Source: the human T2T-CHM13v2.0 reference genome, Homo sapiens | Strand: one strand, 5' to 3' | Assembly (NCBI RefSeq): GCF_009914755.1 | Contig: NC_060937.1 | Length of the DNA stretch: 64,000 bases | Part shown: positions 22,286 to 36,339 of the stretch, one piece after another | How the letters are laid out: the number at the start of each line of letters is the position of its first letter | How positions within the stretch are numbered: position 1 is the first letter of the stretch | Notes under the pieces: model-generated | Told to the model about the DNA's origin: nothing | The model's input: the letters and a program-made list of their open reading frames with translations, nothing else | The model's database searches: none | Translations under genes and position numbers: made by a program

Positions 22286-22402
22286 TGAAGTCTTACTGTT
22301 TTGCCCAGGCTGGGTCTTGAACTCCTGAGCTCAAGTGATCCTCCCCGCCGACCTCAGCCTCCCAAAGTGCTAGGATTACAGGTGTGAGCCACCATTCCCA
22401 GA
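22283..22402 (-). mobile_element. FLAM monomer whose tail is the (AC)n array
   Basis: Alu left monomer; TSD aagcat(c/t)t(g/a)taatttt at 22189-22204 and 22404-22419 encloses the microsatellite and the monomer. Confidence 0.85.
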
Positions 22403-22439
22403 CAAGCATTTATAATTTTTGAAGTTAGCAAAGAGGACT

Positions 22440-23305
22440 TTTTCTTTTCTTTTTTATTTTATTTTATTTTATTTTAAGTTCTATGATACAAATGCAGAAC
22501 ATGTAGGTTTGTTGCATAGGTATACATGTGCCATGGTGGTTTGCTGCACCTATCAACGGGTCATCTAGGTTTTAAGCCCCACATGCATTAGCTGTTTGTC
22601 CTAATGCTCTCCCTCCCCTTGCCCCCCACCCCCAAGTTGGCTCCAGTGTGTGTTGTTCCCCTCCCTGTTTCCGTGTGTTCTCATTGTTCAGCTCCCACTT
22701 ATGAGTGAGAATATGTGGTGTTTGGTTTTCTGTTCCTGTGTTTGCTGAGGATGATGGTTTCTAGCTTCGTATCCATGTCCCTGCAAAGGACATGATCTCA
22801 TTCCTTTTTATGGCTGTGTAGTATTCCATGGTGTATATGTACCACATTTTCTTTATCCAGTCTATCATTGATGGGCATTTGGGTTGGTTCCATGCCTTTG
22901 CTACTATAAATAGTGCTGCAATAAATATATGTGTCCATGTGTCTTTTTATAGTAGAGTGATTTATATTCCTTTTATAGTAGAGTGATTTATAGTCCTTTT
23001 GGTATATACCTAGTAATGGGATTGCTGGGTCAAATGTTATTTCTTCTTGTAGATCCTTGAGGAATCGCTACACTGTCTTCCACAACTGTTGAAGTAATTT
23101 ACACTCCCACTAACAGTGTAGAAGCATTCCTGCTTCTCACCAGCATCTGTTGTTTCTTGGCTTTTAATAATTGCCATTTTGACTGGCATGAGATGGTATC
23201 ATTGTGGTTTTGATTTGCATTTCTCTAATTATCAGTGATGATGAGCTTTTTTTCATGTTTCTTGGCCACATAAATGTCTTCTTTTGAGAAGTGTGTGTTC
23301 ATATC
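22440..23305 (-). mobile_element. L1PA8-like 3' fragment
   Basis: 3'UTR with ggttttaagccccacatgcattag and the ORF2 C-terminal region. Confidence 0.88.
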
Positions 23306-23339
23306 CACTATCAAGCCTTTGGCACCCCCATACTACTCC

Positions 23340-24420
23340 AACAAAGATGTTTTTATACCAAAGCCCCTAAGACCTTCATGTTGCCCAAATCCAGTAGTCA
23401 TATTCTCAGTTCTTACCATGCTTCACCTTACTAGCAGTATGTAACACAGTTGATCACTCCCTACTCCTGGGAACACAATCTTTAGCTTCCATAGTGTCAC
23501 ACACTATTAAATTTTTCTCTTCCTCATTAGCTGCACCTACTCATTCTCTTTGTTGGTTCCTCCTCATCTTCTTGACAACTTTTGCAGCTGCCTCCATGGC
23601 ATTTCCACTTGGTTATCTATTAATAATATTTATCCTAATGTGTTCAGAAGCAAATTTCTGTTCCATTCTACCTCCCAATTCTGCTCCACCTTCAGTCTTA
23701 CCCAGTTCGATTAAAGACAACTCTATTCTTCCACTTGCCCAGACCAAAAACCTGAAGTCATCTTTTTTCACATTCCATATTCTATTCATTAGCAAATCCT
23801 TTTGGATTTATGATCTCTATCTCACGTATATTACCTTGCTTCAAGTCACCATTATCTCTTGCCTAAAAATTACTGCAGTAGCCTCTTAAGTGGTCCCCAG
23901 CTTTCTTCCTCGCCCTCTCCAGTCTCTTAGCACAGTTCTTGTTAAATGTTAAGTTGGATCACTCCTCTACTCAAATAAAAAGGCTCCCCATCATTAAACT
24001 TAGTAAAACTTTAAATGATTACAGTGGCCTGTGATCCTACCTGATCAGTATTCAGTTATCCTATCCTCATTTAGGATTTTCTTCTGGTCACTCGCATAGT
24101 CATGCTGGCCTCCTGTTCTTTTACCTGTAGGTGTGCTCCTACCTCAGGTCCTTTGTATTCAGTTTCCACTGCATAACCATCTACTCCTGATGATACACCT
24201 GTTCTTGTGGTCTTTTCTGACTTTGTTCTATGTTGTCTTTGTTTTTAATCTATCAACATACTACATATTTATTTACTTTGGGTTTTTTTCCTACTAGAAT
24301 GTGATCTCCATGAGAGTAGGAGTTTTCATGTATCGTTCAGTCCTGGACTCCCAGGTACCAGTGCCTGGTACGCAGTAAACACTCAATATACGTAATATTT
24401 ATTGAATGAAAGAATGAATT
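23340..24420 (+). mobile_element. L2 remnant
   Basis: Pyrimidine-rich L2 body ending ...tagaatgtgatctccatgag...gtgcctggtacgcagtaaacactcaat...ttgaatgaaagaatgaat. Confidence 0.7.
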
Positions 24421-24758
24421 GGTACTACTTTTTAGAAATTAGGTGGCTGTTGGTTTAGATGAAAACCTACTCAAAGGTTTATAATGGATTTGATCAGGAC
24501 TGAGTGTCGTTTGAAGATATATAGTAGTTACTCAGTTAACCATCTACCAGATTCATTCTGTTTCATTTTGATATGTTACCTTTTATCCTGTCAGCTACTT
24601 TGTAAATCTTAACACATTAATGGATTTAAGCAAATATTTTGCATTTTGGTACTTCAATTTTTTATAATTTTTCAACCATAATTTGGGTTCAATGTTTATC
24701 TACTTTGTGCTTAAGTTTTCATATCTAGAAACAAACAAAAATCTGCTTGAGCACCAAT

Positions 24759-25092
<334 letters not shown>

Positions 25093-26044
25093 CCAACTAT
25101 AATAAAAGGTTAGGAAAGTGTAGCATTTTCAGTCAACAATGATCTCAAAAAGTTTCTACTCTTAAAATGTATAGCTTCTCCCAAGAAATTTATTAAATAA
25201 GATTTCCACTTTGCTTATTTCGTTTTTATGTCCTGCTCATTAACTTTTCAGTCATCTATGATAAAGGTAAAACTACAGTCATTGAATAGAAACAAGATAA
25301 TCTACATGCAACCCTTCTATTTTATGCCATCTTAAAAACAAAGGCATCAGATATGGAAATGAGCAGTTTTATGTTGTGTCCAGGAAGACGCTGGAGGTAG
25401 AGATGATAAATTCAAACACTTTTCCTATAAATAAGCCTGTCATATAAAACAGCCTATTTTAATCCTTTGTTGTTCTAACTAGAAAAATATATTTACTTCT
25501 ATTAGCCAAAAATATTTTTACATGAAGACAGAGGGAAGAGTTTGGATTGCTTAGTTGCGCCTGCTGAGCTCTTCTGATAGCCATGGTTATTTTTGTTTGT
25601 TTTTGTTTTTGTTTTTTCACTATTTATGCTTGGTAAATTTTAAGTTCTGAGGCATTAGGGATGTTTATTCAGGCTCAGACGTATTCCTTGCATTGCCAAA
25701 CTCTGATTTGATACTGTTTGAATTTCGAAGGGTCCTAAAGTTTTTCTCATTCTTCTGACATTTTTCTTACCACTTTTCAGATATAAATGTAGATTCAGCC
25801 TATTGGTACTGTGAAATTTATCATCTAGTAGTAGGCAAATACATTCTACCCTGTACGTTAGTCTATTGTTACGAATGTTTTATAATGAGGTTTTCAAGTT
25901 TCAGTTGTGAGCTACTGTTGAATAAACTTCTGTGTATTAAATTATCTGCTGCACAAATGGCACTATATTGCATATGAATTATGTCTATTTTGTTATAATA
26001 TTAAAACCCTTTTATTTAAGTAAATGATTAAGAACTTAACTCTT

Positions 26045-26339
<295 letters not shown>

Positions 26340-27219
26340 TTAAGTTTCTCATTTGAATGTTATAATTTAAGTAACCATACCTCTTGGTTTGTCTAAGAAA
26401 GTAGTGGTTTGTGTGTGTTTCTTTGGCATAATTTTTAATAGCACCCTCTTTTATTCTAAAAAGTGCACCAGGTTGAAAAATACATTATTTGAATACTCTA
26501 GTTATAAAAGTAGGATACTCACTTACCCTTTGCATTTCACATAGTATTTATTTAAGATTTATTTTCTTCAATCTTTCCTCTCAATATGTCTCCATCCCAC
26601 AACATAGGGTGAATGGGAAAAATACATATGTGTATATGGGAGATACATAGAATTGCTAGGAAACAACATGAAAGAATCATGAAAAACACAGTGTTGGAAT
26701 CTAACGTTAACTTTATACAAGTATTTTAAGGATGACATATTCAGATTTTTGTATTTTAAAACACTTATCTTTCTTTGTTATAATTACATTTGATTATACG
26801 CTTGGTTTGGACTTCTAAAACTTGAGCTTCGTTAGCTTGTACATGCTACGGATAGCTTCTATCAATTTTTGAAGTTTCTCTTTTGAAGAACATTTGAATT
26901 CCTGTAATTTGTTTTGTAATTGTATTTCTGTTATATTTTCTAATGCATTTAACATTTGAAATGGATTACTTATTATATGAAAGTTATTGTCTTATCTGTG
27001 GAAGGAATACATCTAGCATTTTATCAAACAGTTTATTTTTGAAAGAGCATGTTATATACTGTGGGCCATAAAAGCTAATGTATAGTATATTCACAATTCT
27101 TTCAAGGCTTATTTTGATTTCCCATCTATTGGTGCCTTGAGGTGGTCATGTAATATAAATCTCATAATGTCAGAATTTCTCAAGGAGAAAACATCTGTGA
27201 AGCAAAGGAAATTTTAAGA

Positions 27220-27475
27220 GGCAGCATAGTATGATTCACAGCACAGACTCTGGAGCCAAATTGTTTGGGTGCACATTTGGACTCTGTAGCATACTTCCTG
27301 TGTGACTTTAAGCTAATACTTAACCTCTTTGTGTTTTAGTCTTATCATTTGTAAAATGGAGGTAATGATACAACTGCTTTGTGGGATTGTTGTGACAATT
27401 AAATGAGTTGTGATATGTAAAGTGCTTAGAACGGCTTCTGGCACATGGTAAACAGTATGCTATTGCTATTTATTG
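27220..27475 (+). mobile_element. MIR
   Basis: agcacagactctggagcc...tgtgtgac...atttgtaaaatggaggtaat...aaagtgcttagaac core. Confidence 0.8.
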
Positions 27476-28544
27476 TCAGTAGAAGAATACATTGAGTTTT
27501 TCTCTCTCAGACTTCATATGAAACCTGTGAATTGGTAATATTAAATAAAGTATCTATTTCTTATAAGGAATTATGCTGCGTTTTGCTAAAGAATGCAGGT
27601 TGTGGACTGGATATGGAAGGTGTGGTACTTGATAAGGAGATTGGGTTTACACAGAAATGTTACCCACAAACACCTGTGAGAGGACCTCTTGGTAGAAGCC
27701 TTAGCTTCTTCTGGTCCATTCCCCAGTTCATTTCTGTTTTCTCTTTCTGAATTGCTTTACCTATTTGTCCTTCAAGACCCAACTTACATGTCACTTTTAA
27801 AAAATGTTTCACTTTATTCACCTACCTCTCTTACTCCAGTAAAGAATAATCAACTCCTTCTCTTTGTGGCCATAGAATTTTGTTTATGCCTTAACATAGT
27901 ACTTAACATAGTACCCGCTAATCATACCTCCTTTCACAAGCCCTGATGTTAGCTTGTTCTAGGTTTTATTTCATTCCCTTTGTCTTGTTTTCATTTCTCA
28001 TGTCCATTGTTGCAAGAAAGGAAATGTTATTAGGGACTGAAGCTTCTCCATCTACCAATTGAGCATTCGTGATTCATTAGTCCTGTAAATGTGCTCTACT
28101 TGTAATTGTGCTGCCGAAATAACATATAGAATAATGAAGCTGTATTTGAGAAATGAACATTGAAACCAACTTGTGGTGATTTACTGACTAAAATATTTAC
28201 ATCATTTCGAAATGAAAAATATATAAATGTTTAATATAGTTTGAGAACATTATTCTATCTGTAACATTAATTTTTTATGTTTCAGTTTGTTTGAGAATAG
28301 AATATTTTTGAAGGTTGTTGCAATCAGGATGACATCTGAAAATAATAATATGCCATTTTTTGATAGCTACTTTAGAATGCACTTCCACTTAGTAACCCAC
28401 AAAAGTAGTTTCTTTTCTTTTCAATAAGAGTTATCTATACTCCAGCATTTCTGAAGAAACTATTTTATTTCTGGCTTATCAACTATTTTACTGACAAATC
28501 TCTAATGGTTGACATTTTTAAAATTTTAAATTTGTTGTTAATAT

Positions 28545-30137
28545 TGATGGCAGCAGCGGCCCATCTGGAGCAGCTGTTGTAAAGATGCCAGCTGCAGTGG
28601 GGGAGGCGCGTCCAGGGCTGCATGCTCCACTGAGCCAGCAGGAGCCGGAAACAGGCAGAAACCCAGACCCCTTCCGAGTTGGAGGGGCGGGAGCCCTCCC
28701 AGGCGCAGCTGCAGTGGCCCAGTCGCAGCTGCGGACCCAGGCATTCCCTCACTATCTTCGGCCTAGGGAGCCCCCTTCCCCCACGGGTTCAGAAATGCCT
28801 GTTCCCGCTGCCTGACCTCTCCCTACTCCCAGCACCCACTCTGATTTCAGAGCAAAGTTGAGGCCAAGCTTGGGCACTGTTGCAGGTGTGCCCGCTCTTG
28901 GGGCATTGCTGACACCCCAGCCCCCTGCCACCTCGGCCTCCTCTGGACTTTGGACACTGACAAGCACGGAAGGGAGGCTGGCCAAAGTGGGGGATGAGGG
29001 TGTCTTGGTGCAGGCCTGCAGGTGCCCTTTGGCACTCCAGGCTGGGCGCCAGGTTACAGCTGGTTGATGGCGGCAGGAGGCAGGCTGGCTTCTGGGCGGA
29101 AAGGGGTGGGTCCCTGGTGAAGCCCCACCCTCAAGCCAGGGATAGCCTGGAGCATGGGAGCTGCGCCACCAGTTTCACAGAACGGAGTGAGAACTTACAG
29201 TACTTTTTTCCTCTGGCCCACCCATTGCCACCTATGGACCAATCAGCATATACTTCCTCCCCACTGAAGCCCACAAAAACCCCAGACTCTGGCAGACCTC
29301 TGGACGATCTGCCTGCAGAGAGGAGCTACCAACTGTGGGTCTCCTCTCAGCTGAGAGCTGAGCAGATGTAGAGACAACCTGCCTGCAGAGAGAATCTACC
29401 CACTGTGGGTCTCCTCTCAGCCAAGAGCTGAGCAGACAGTGGGATGGCCTGCCTGCAGTTAGGAGCTACCCATTCCAGATCTCTTGAGAGCTGTACTGCT
29501 GCTCAGGGAAGCACCTCTTTGCCTTATTCATGCTCCGGTTGTCTGTGTACTTCATTCTTCCTGGACACAGGATGAGAACTTGGGACCTGCTTAATGGTGG
29601 GACTGAAAGAGCTGTAACACAAAAAGAGCTGAAACATGCCCCTCACTCGCCACATTGCAACAAGGAGAGAATTGCTGCAGCCCTTTGGGGAGCCCAGACC
29701 TAGGAGCTCCCTGAGCAAGGGCTCTGACACCTGTTTGGGGCTCTGCAGTTCCTGGCATCTCCAAGCTTCCGGACACCACTGCATTCCCCGGTGCCAGCAG
29801 TGGAAGCTGCTTTCAGTATGCCTGTCCAGTCGCAGCCTCACAGGAAGTCTGGAGCCGCCTACCCCACGGCAGCCGGTGTGCCCTGCTGTGTGCAGTGGTT
29901 GAACCCTGTACTCGCTGACTTGCTCACGCACCCCTTGCTCACACACCCCTTGCTGCTCTGCACTTGGCTTGCCCTCAGCAGGTGTGAGATCCCGGCCAGT
30001 ATAGCTTGAGCCGAGTACAGCCTGTGAGGCCGAGTGGGTGGAACAAGCCCAGTGGGCCTGAGCATAACTCGGGCAAAGGCGCCACTGGCCACAAAGGTTT
30101 CCAGCTGACAAAGTGACGCCCCAAGGATCCTGTGACA
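28545..30137 (+). mobile_element. MER52-family solo LTR (GC-rich, about 1.6 kb)
   Basis: Starts tgatggcagcagcggcccatctggagc, ends ccccaaggatcctgtgaca; internal tandem cctgcagagaggagctacc units at about 29309-29490; sharp GC step against AT-rich flanks. Confidence 0.82.
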
Positions 30138-31522
30138 GCACCACCATGCAAAAGACTAGATTGAGTACTGGTACAGCAAATATGACTACTAAGCATTTCT
30201 ATCCAATATTCAATAGATAGGTTTATTCAAACTTTATGGCTTTCATGACTCCCTACTCATATTCTGTATGAATAATAAAAAATAATAATTTCCAACCCAG
30301 TTTTTCATGAGAGATAGTGTGGCATGATGTAAAAAGCCCTGGCTTTGGAGTAAGAAATAACTGGATTCAACTTATGGTCCTCTTAGGCTGTGTGACTTGA
30401 GGCTAGGTATATGAGCTCTCTAAACTTCAGTTTACTCAGCTAAAAAGTAGGTTATAACATAAAGGGCTTTGTAGGGATTAAGTGAGCAAAATCATTTATA
30501 TTACATTCTTTTTATTTATGTTGTAACTGCTAGAGAAGGAGATTTAAAAAAAAAAATAGGTGACTATCTGAAAGAAACTTACTGTTGGTATTTTTTTTTT
30601 ATTCAAAGTTTCATCTTGATTAAAAGGCAAAAGTTTTGATCTTTGGAAGCTCATGGCTAGTTGTGTAATCTCCCAGTTAGTCATTGTTGTTATCTTCCAG
30701 CTCCCCTTAACTGACACTAAATGTATTCTTTCTATCAATTTCAGTTCCTTCCTACTGTCCTCACAACTGTTAAGTAGATGACTTTTCCAGTACCCTAACT
30801 TCATACTTCTTTGAGCCCTACATGAATATTGACCTTCATCTCAGATCTACTTAATTTAGTCATACTAATTTTCATACCCGATCTTGTTAGCCACCAAAAT
30901 TCTGCCACTGAAAAGTGCTGTTCTACCTCCAAATCACCATTCTCCAGTCTTCCATCTTGCTTGTACAACTATTACACTTTGACTTAATCTGTCATATCTT
31001 ATCAGGACCTCTAATTCTTTGTCCCTTCTACTTTCTCCTGTCTGTCAACCTGTGTTTCCTTCCCATTCCTTCCTATATAACTGAGACTTCAAGGTTCTTC
31101 ATTTCAATGATTCTCTTGCTCGTATCCCAAACCGCACTTTTATTTTGATTCTCCACAATATATCTTTCACTTAAAATATTTTATGGGACATTTATTAACC
31201 TCCCCAAACCTCAGTTTTCTAGTGGATAATATATGAATAATTACACCTATCTCATTGGATTCTCGTAAGGAATACATAAATTACTATATATACAAACTGG
31301 TTAGCCAACCCTTTGACCCATGCGGAGAAGGGTGGTGTGACATAGAGATAGACCATACTGGCACCTACACTGGTGTATCCTGCTCTTAGATACTCAACCA
31401 AGCCAAGCAGGTTTATATAGTGTACACTTTGGGTCCCCAACTTCTCAGATGGGTCCTTAAGATTGTCAGATAGTCCATCTTTAAGAAAGAACATAGATAA
31501 ATCACGCATTTGAAATAACTGA

Positions 31523-31642
<120 letters not shown>

Positions 31643-31720
31643 TAAGCATCATAAAAATAGAAATGTTAAAACTCTTCCATTATTGTTTCTGTTACATATT
31701 CTTTTAGAAAATGTATTTTA

Positions 31721-31832
31721 AGGAGAGAATAATTTTCATTTCAATTGAGGAGAGACTAATTTTCATTTCAATAATTTTCATTTCAATTTTCATTTCATTT
31801 CAATTTCATTTCAATAATTTTCATTGCAATTG
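31721..31832. repeat. Degenerate (AATTTTCATTTC)/(TTTCA) tandem array
   Basis: Repeated aattttcatttca units plus a duplicated aggagaga lead-in. Confidence 0.85.
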
Positions 31833-32881
31833 CTTTATTTTTACAATATACAATTATTGTGGATATTGAAAATGTGGTATAGAACAGTTCAGTTACTCCA
31901 GAGAGTTTCCTTATGGCCCTTCAGTCCTTCTTAACTGCTACTACTCAAGAGGCACCACTTTCTGATTTCTGTCACAATAGATTAGTTTTGCTTCTCTTAG
32001 ACTAAAAATACTCTTGTGTCCAGGTTCTTTCATTCCACTTTGTTGTTGTATCAGTAGTTCATTCCTTGTTGTTGCTGAGTATGAATATATTTTATTCACC
32101 TGTCAATGGTCATTTTGGTGGTTTCCAGTTTGTTACTATCGTGAATAAAGCTGCCATATAATTTTTTGAAAGTGTGTGTTTTTATTTATCTTGGCTAAAT
32201 ACCTAGGAGTGGCATTGTTCATCATTGGGTAGATAAATGTTTTACTTTTAAAAAACCTGCCAATGGTAACACCAAAGTGATTCTACCATTGTATACTCCC
32301 TAGTTTTTTTTTTTTTCAAAATCTATATGTTCTAAAGTATGTGTTTTGGAAGGAGGATATCAGAGAGAATGATATATCTTTAATTTACCAATAGAAAATG
32401 ATATTTATTTTAATAGCCTTGTTAAAAGGAAAATAACTGATGGGCATTATGGTAAATATCATTACTTCATTAAACATTCTACACTTTCAATTGTTTGACT
32501 GCATAGAGAGTAAACAGTGGCTACCTTATTTTTTTAACTTTTCATTTTAAAATTATTTCAGAAAAGTTGCTAAAATGGTAAAATTTCTGCGTACCGTTCA
32601 CATACTAATAAACTTTTGAAATTAAGTTCAATGGGTCTTTTAATTGTTAAATGAAGACCAGATTAATTTGAGGTATAAGCAATACATAAAACTAAAATTT
32701 GAGGCAAGTCTTCATATAATTAACCTATTGTAAAAATCTTTTAGAATGGCTCAAATTGTCATACTTCTGAATTCACATCAACTTTATAAACTTGGCCTAT
32801 GGAAGAATTTTAATAAATGTTATATTGAAGAAGTCATTCCTATAATGTGGAAGTATGTCTTATTCTAAATATCATGCTATC

Positions 32882-33143
32882 GGGCTAGGCACTGGAAGGC
32901 TGAGGCAGGTGGATAACTTGAGGCTAGGAGTTTGAGACCAGGTTGGGCAACATGGTAAAACCCCGTCTCTACTAAAAATGCAAAAATTAGTAGTGTGTGG
33001 TGATGCATGCCTGTGATCCCAGCTACTCAGAAGGCTGAGGCACGAGAGTCACTTGAACCCAGGAGGCAGAGATTGCAGTGAGCAGAGATCATGCCACAGC
33101 ACTCCAGCCTGGGCGACAGAGTGAGACTCTGTCTCAAAAAAAA
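32882..33143 (+). mobile_element. AluS with left-arm deletion
   Basis: gggctaggcac joined directly to tggaaggctgagg; remainder is a normal dimer. Confidence 0.85.
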
Positions 33144-35044
33144 TTTTTTTAGTTTATCTAAAAAAAATAAAGATCATGGTGTAAAAGATCATGGTATGTA
33201 AATCAGCTCCTTTCATTAGAGTTCCTATAAAGCGTTTGTTTTATATTTTATTACGTGTAACGCTTCCACTTACAAAACTATATGATGTCCCCTAAAGATT
33301 CATTTGACTTTGTGTTGATGTCAGTTTTTAATGTGTAGTTTTAGGGATGTATATTTTTAGGGATGGCTCTAGAATAAGATTTATGGGCAAACTAATAAGG
33401 TTTAAAAGAAAACGTAAGATATTACCTAGTAAATCAGAACTTACATTCATCACTTGATAGCTACTGTGTGGTTTTGTAAAGTTGGAGAGAATAATATATC
33501 TGATCATAAAACTGACCAATTTATATTTATCGTAAGCTACACTCTTAACCTAAATCCTTCTTATCCTACTTGTATGTACATTTGCAACTGATGTTCATCC
33601 GAAGGCCATGCGATACTCTAATACCTAAAAGTATCTATTAAACAATAGAGGATTCAATTATTTAATGTTTGTATAGCACTTAGAACAGTGCCTTCCTATG
33701 ATAACTACTATTATCATAGAATAATTTGTCCAATTTAGTGTTGTTGTGAAACTTTACTAACTGAATTTTGTTCTTCACAAGTTGATATCTTTCCAACGAA
33801 TTTTTCACTAAAATTTTAGATAAACTGGAAAACCTCATTTTCAAACTGCCAGATAGGAGGAGGCTTATTTTTAATAATTCTTTGAAGTCATAGTAAAGCC
33901 TTGCTTATTCAGAGCCCAATTTTCAGCCAACCTTAAATATTTGTGATAGTTTTAAAATCAAGACAAGGAAAAAAAGGTGTTTCTAGACACCACTAAAAAT
34001 AACCCTTGAGCAGCAAATAGAGCTAATGCTCAGGACTGTAAAGGACATTACAGAACCAGAGACTTATGAATAAATGAGTGAATGAATGAGAATAATATCT
34101 GGGAATGTAAAACTCAAAATAAGCTTAGGCTTTAACAAAATGCTTAAAATAGCTAAAGTTACTTATCTGTTTTTTAAGATATAATATCAATAAATGAAGG
34201 GAAAAGTATCCCTGGTTAGGACTGTAATGTTGATAAATGACATTTTTAAAAGTAGAATTCTAGATGTACCATCAGTTTAATTCTTTCTTAATTAATATAT
34301 AAATTCAGTGCAGTTCATGTCAAAATTTTCAAATGACTTTGAAACTTGACAAACCAACACTAAAAATTCTTTTTCACAATTATTATGCCCATTCTTGTAC
34401 ATTTACTCTTCCATATAAATTTTTATAGTTACAGTTTTTACGTTATGCCTTCATGTGAAGTTCAATTTTGGGGTAGTGTACATAGAGAACTAATTTTATT
34501 TTTCATGAAAATGTCAGTTTCCTTAAGTTAAACTATGCATTTAATGTAAGCCAAATAGAATACCAAAAATATTTTTTTGAAACCAGACAAATAAGTTCTG
34601 TGGCTTATATGGAAAAATTAAGTAAGTGCATTTCTAAATAAGAACAATGAATTGTGACAGGTCACTAGGGTAGCCAGCTAAGGGGAAAAGAAAATTGAGA
34701 TCCATACCTCATAACTTACACCAAGATAAATTTCATATGGATCAGAGATTTAAATGTAAAACCATTAAAAACCTAAGAAGCCATAGGAGAATGTTTTTAT
34801 AATCTTGAATTACAAAAGGCCTTTGCAACTTAGGAGTTATAGAAGTAATAAATTGATAAACTTGATTCCCTACAAATGAAAAATGTTGGTGTGGCATTAC
34901 TGCCATAAGGAAAGTCAAAAAACAAATGCAAATGTAATCTTGGAAAAAATATTTGCAACGTCTGTCACAGTCATGTGACTGATTTTCCCTTCTCCAAATC
35001 AATAAGTCAACATTAAATTCATATTAAAATTATACCTATTTTCA

Positions 35045-35352
<308 letters not shown>

Positions 35353-35512
35353 ACTATGCCTGTTTTCCACTAAAAACCAAAAGGTTGATAATACATTGTG
35401 TTTGCGTGGGTATGGAAAAACAGGCAATCTTAACATTAGTGGGAGTTTAAATTGGTACAACTAATATGAAGAGTAATTCGATAATACCTATCAGAAGTAC
35501 AAATGTACATTG

Positions 35513-35518
<6 letters not shown>

Positions 35519-35558
<40 letters not shown>

Positions 35559-35847
35559 ATTATGTGAGATGGAGTCTCACTCTGTTGCCCAGTCTGGAGT
35601 GCAGTGGCACAATCTCTGCTCGCTGCAGCCTCTGCCTCCCGGGTTCAAGTGATTCTCGTGCTTCAGCCCCCTGAGTAGCTGGGATTACAGGCACGTGCCA
35701 CCACACCCGGCTAATTTATGTATTTTTAGTAAAGATGGGGTTTTGCCATGTTGCCCAGTCTGGTCTCGAATTCGTGACCTCAAGTAATCTGCCCGCCACA
35801 GCCTCCCAAAGTGCTGGGATTACAGGCGTGAGCCACTACGCCCAGCC
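35519..35847 (-). mobile_element. AluS with (TG)n tail
   Basis: Antisense dimer preceded by about 18 GT units; TSD tacattgct. Confidence 0.9.
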
Positions 35848-36339
35848 ATACATTGCTCTTGATCAAGGAATTTTATTTCTAGTACGTTATCCTGCAGGTA
35901 TACTTGCTAGGTTCAAAATGCTATATATACCACCTTATTTACTGTAGCATAGTTGACATTTAAGCAGTAGTTAAAAGAATTGTAATTCATGAATACTCTT
36001 ACAGAATACAACAATGTAGTTGTACAAAAGGAAGTAAGTGGCTCTTTATATCAGGACCAGGAAAAATCTATTAACATTTATTGCTTCTGGAGAAGGAAAT
36101 TAGGTGTTGCATGGTTGGTGGACAGATAGAGATTTTGTACCTCATAAATATGTACCCTCTTTTGTACCTCATACATATTGAAACTTACAATGTGTTTTTT
36201 TCTTTTTTGTGTGTTTTTAATTAAATTTAAACAAAGAGTGGTTATTAAGAATACTTATATACAAGTTTCAAATCATAGTTACTGAGAAACTTCAGAAATT
36301 ATGTTTTTAATACTCCTGGTGAACAATGGGAGTGAATAA

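Noticed and set aside
22052-22288. His-Thr repeat protein
   Set aside because: Translation of the (AC)37 microsatellite.
28483-30196. Dense overlapping ORFs up to 207 aa, or a CpG-island gene
   Set aside because: Explained by low stop-codon frequency in a GC-rich LTR; no recognisable protein.
31283-31421. Possible MITE or hairpin upstream of the 99-nt exon (actatata...tatatagt)
   Set aside because: Only 8 perfect AT-rich bases plus a gapped partial match; compatible with chance.
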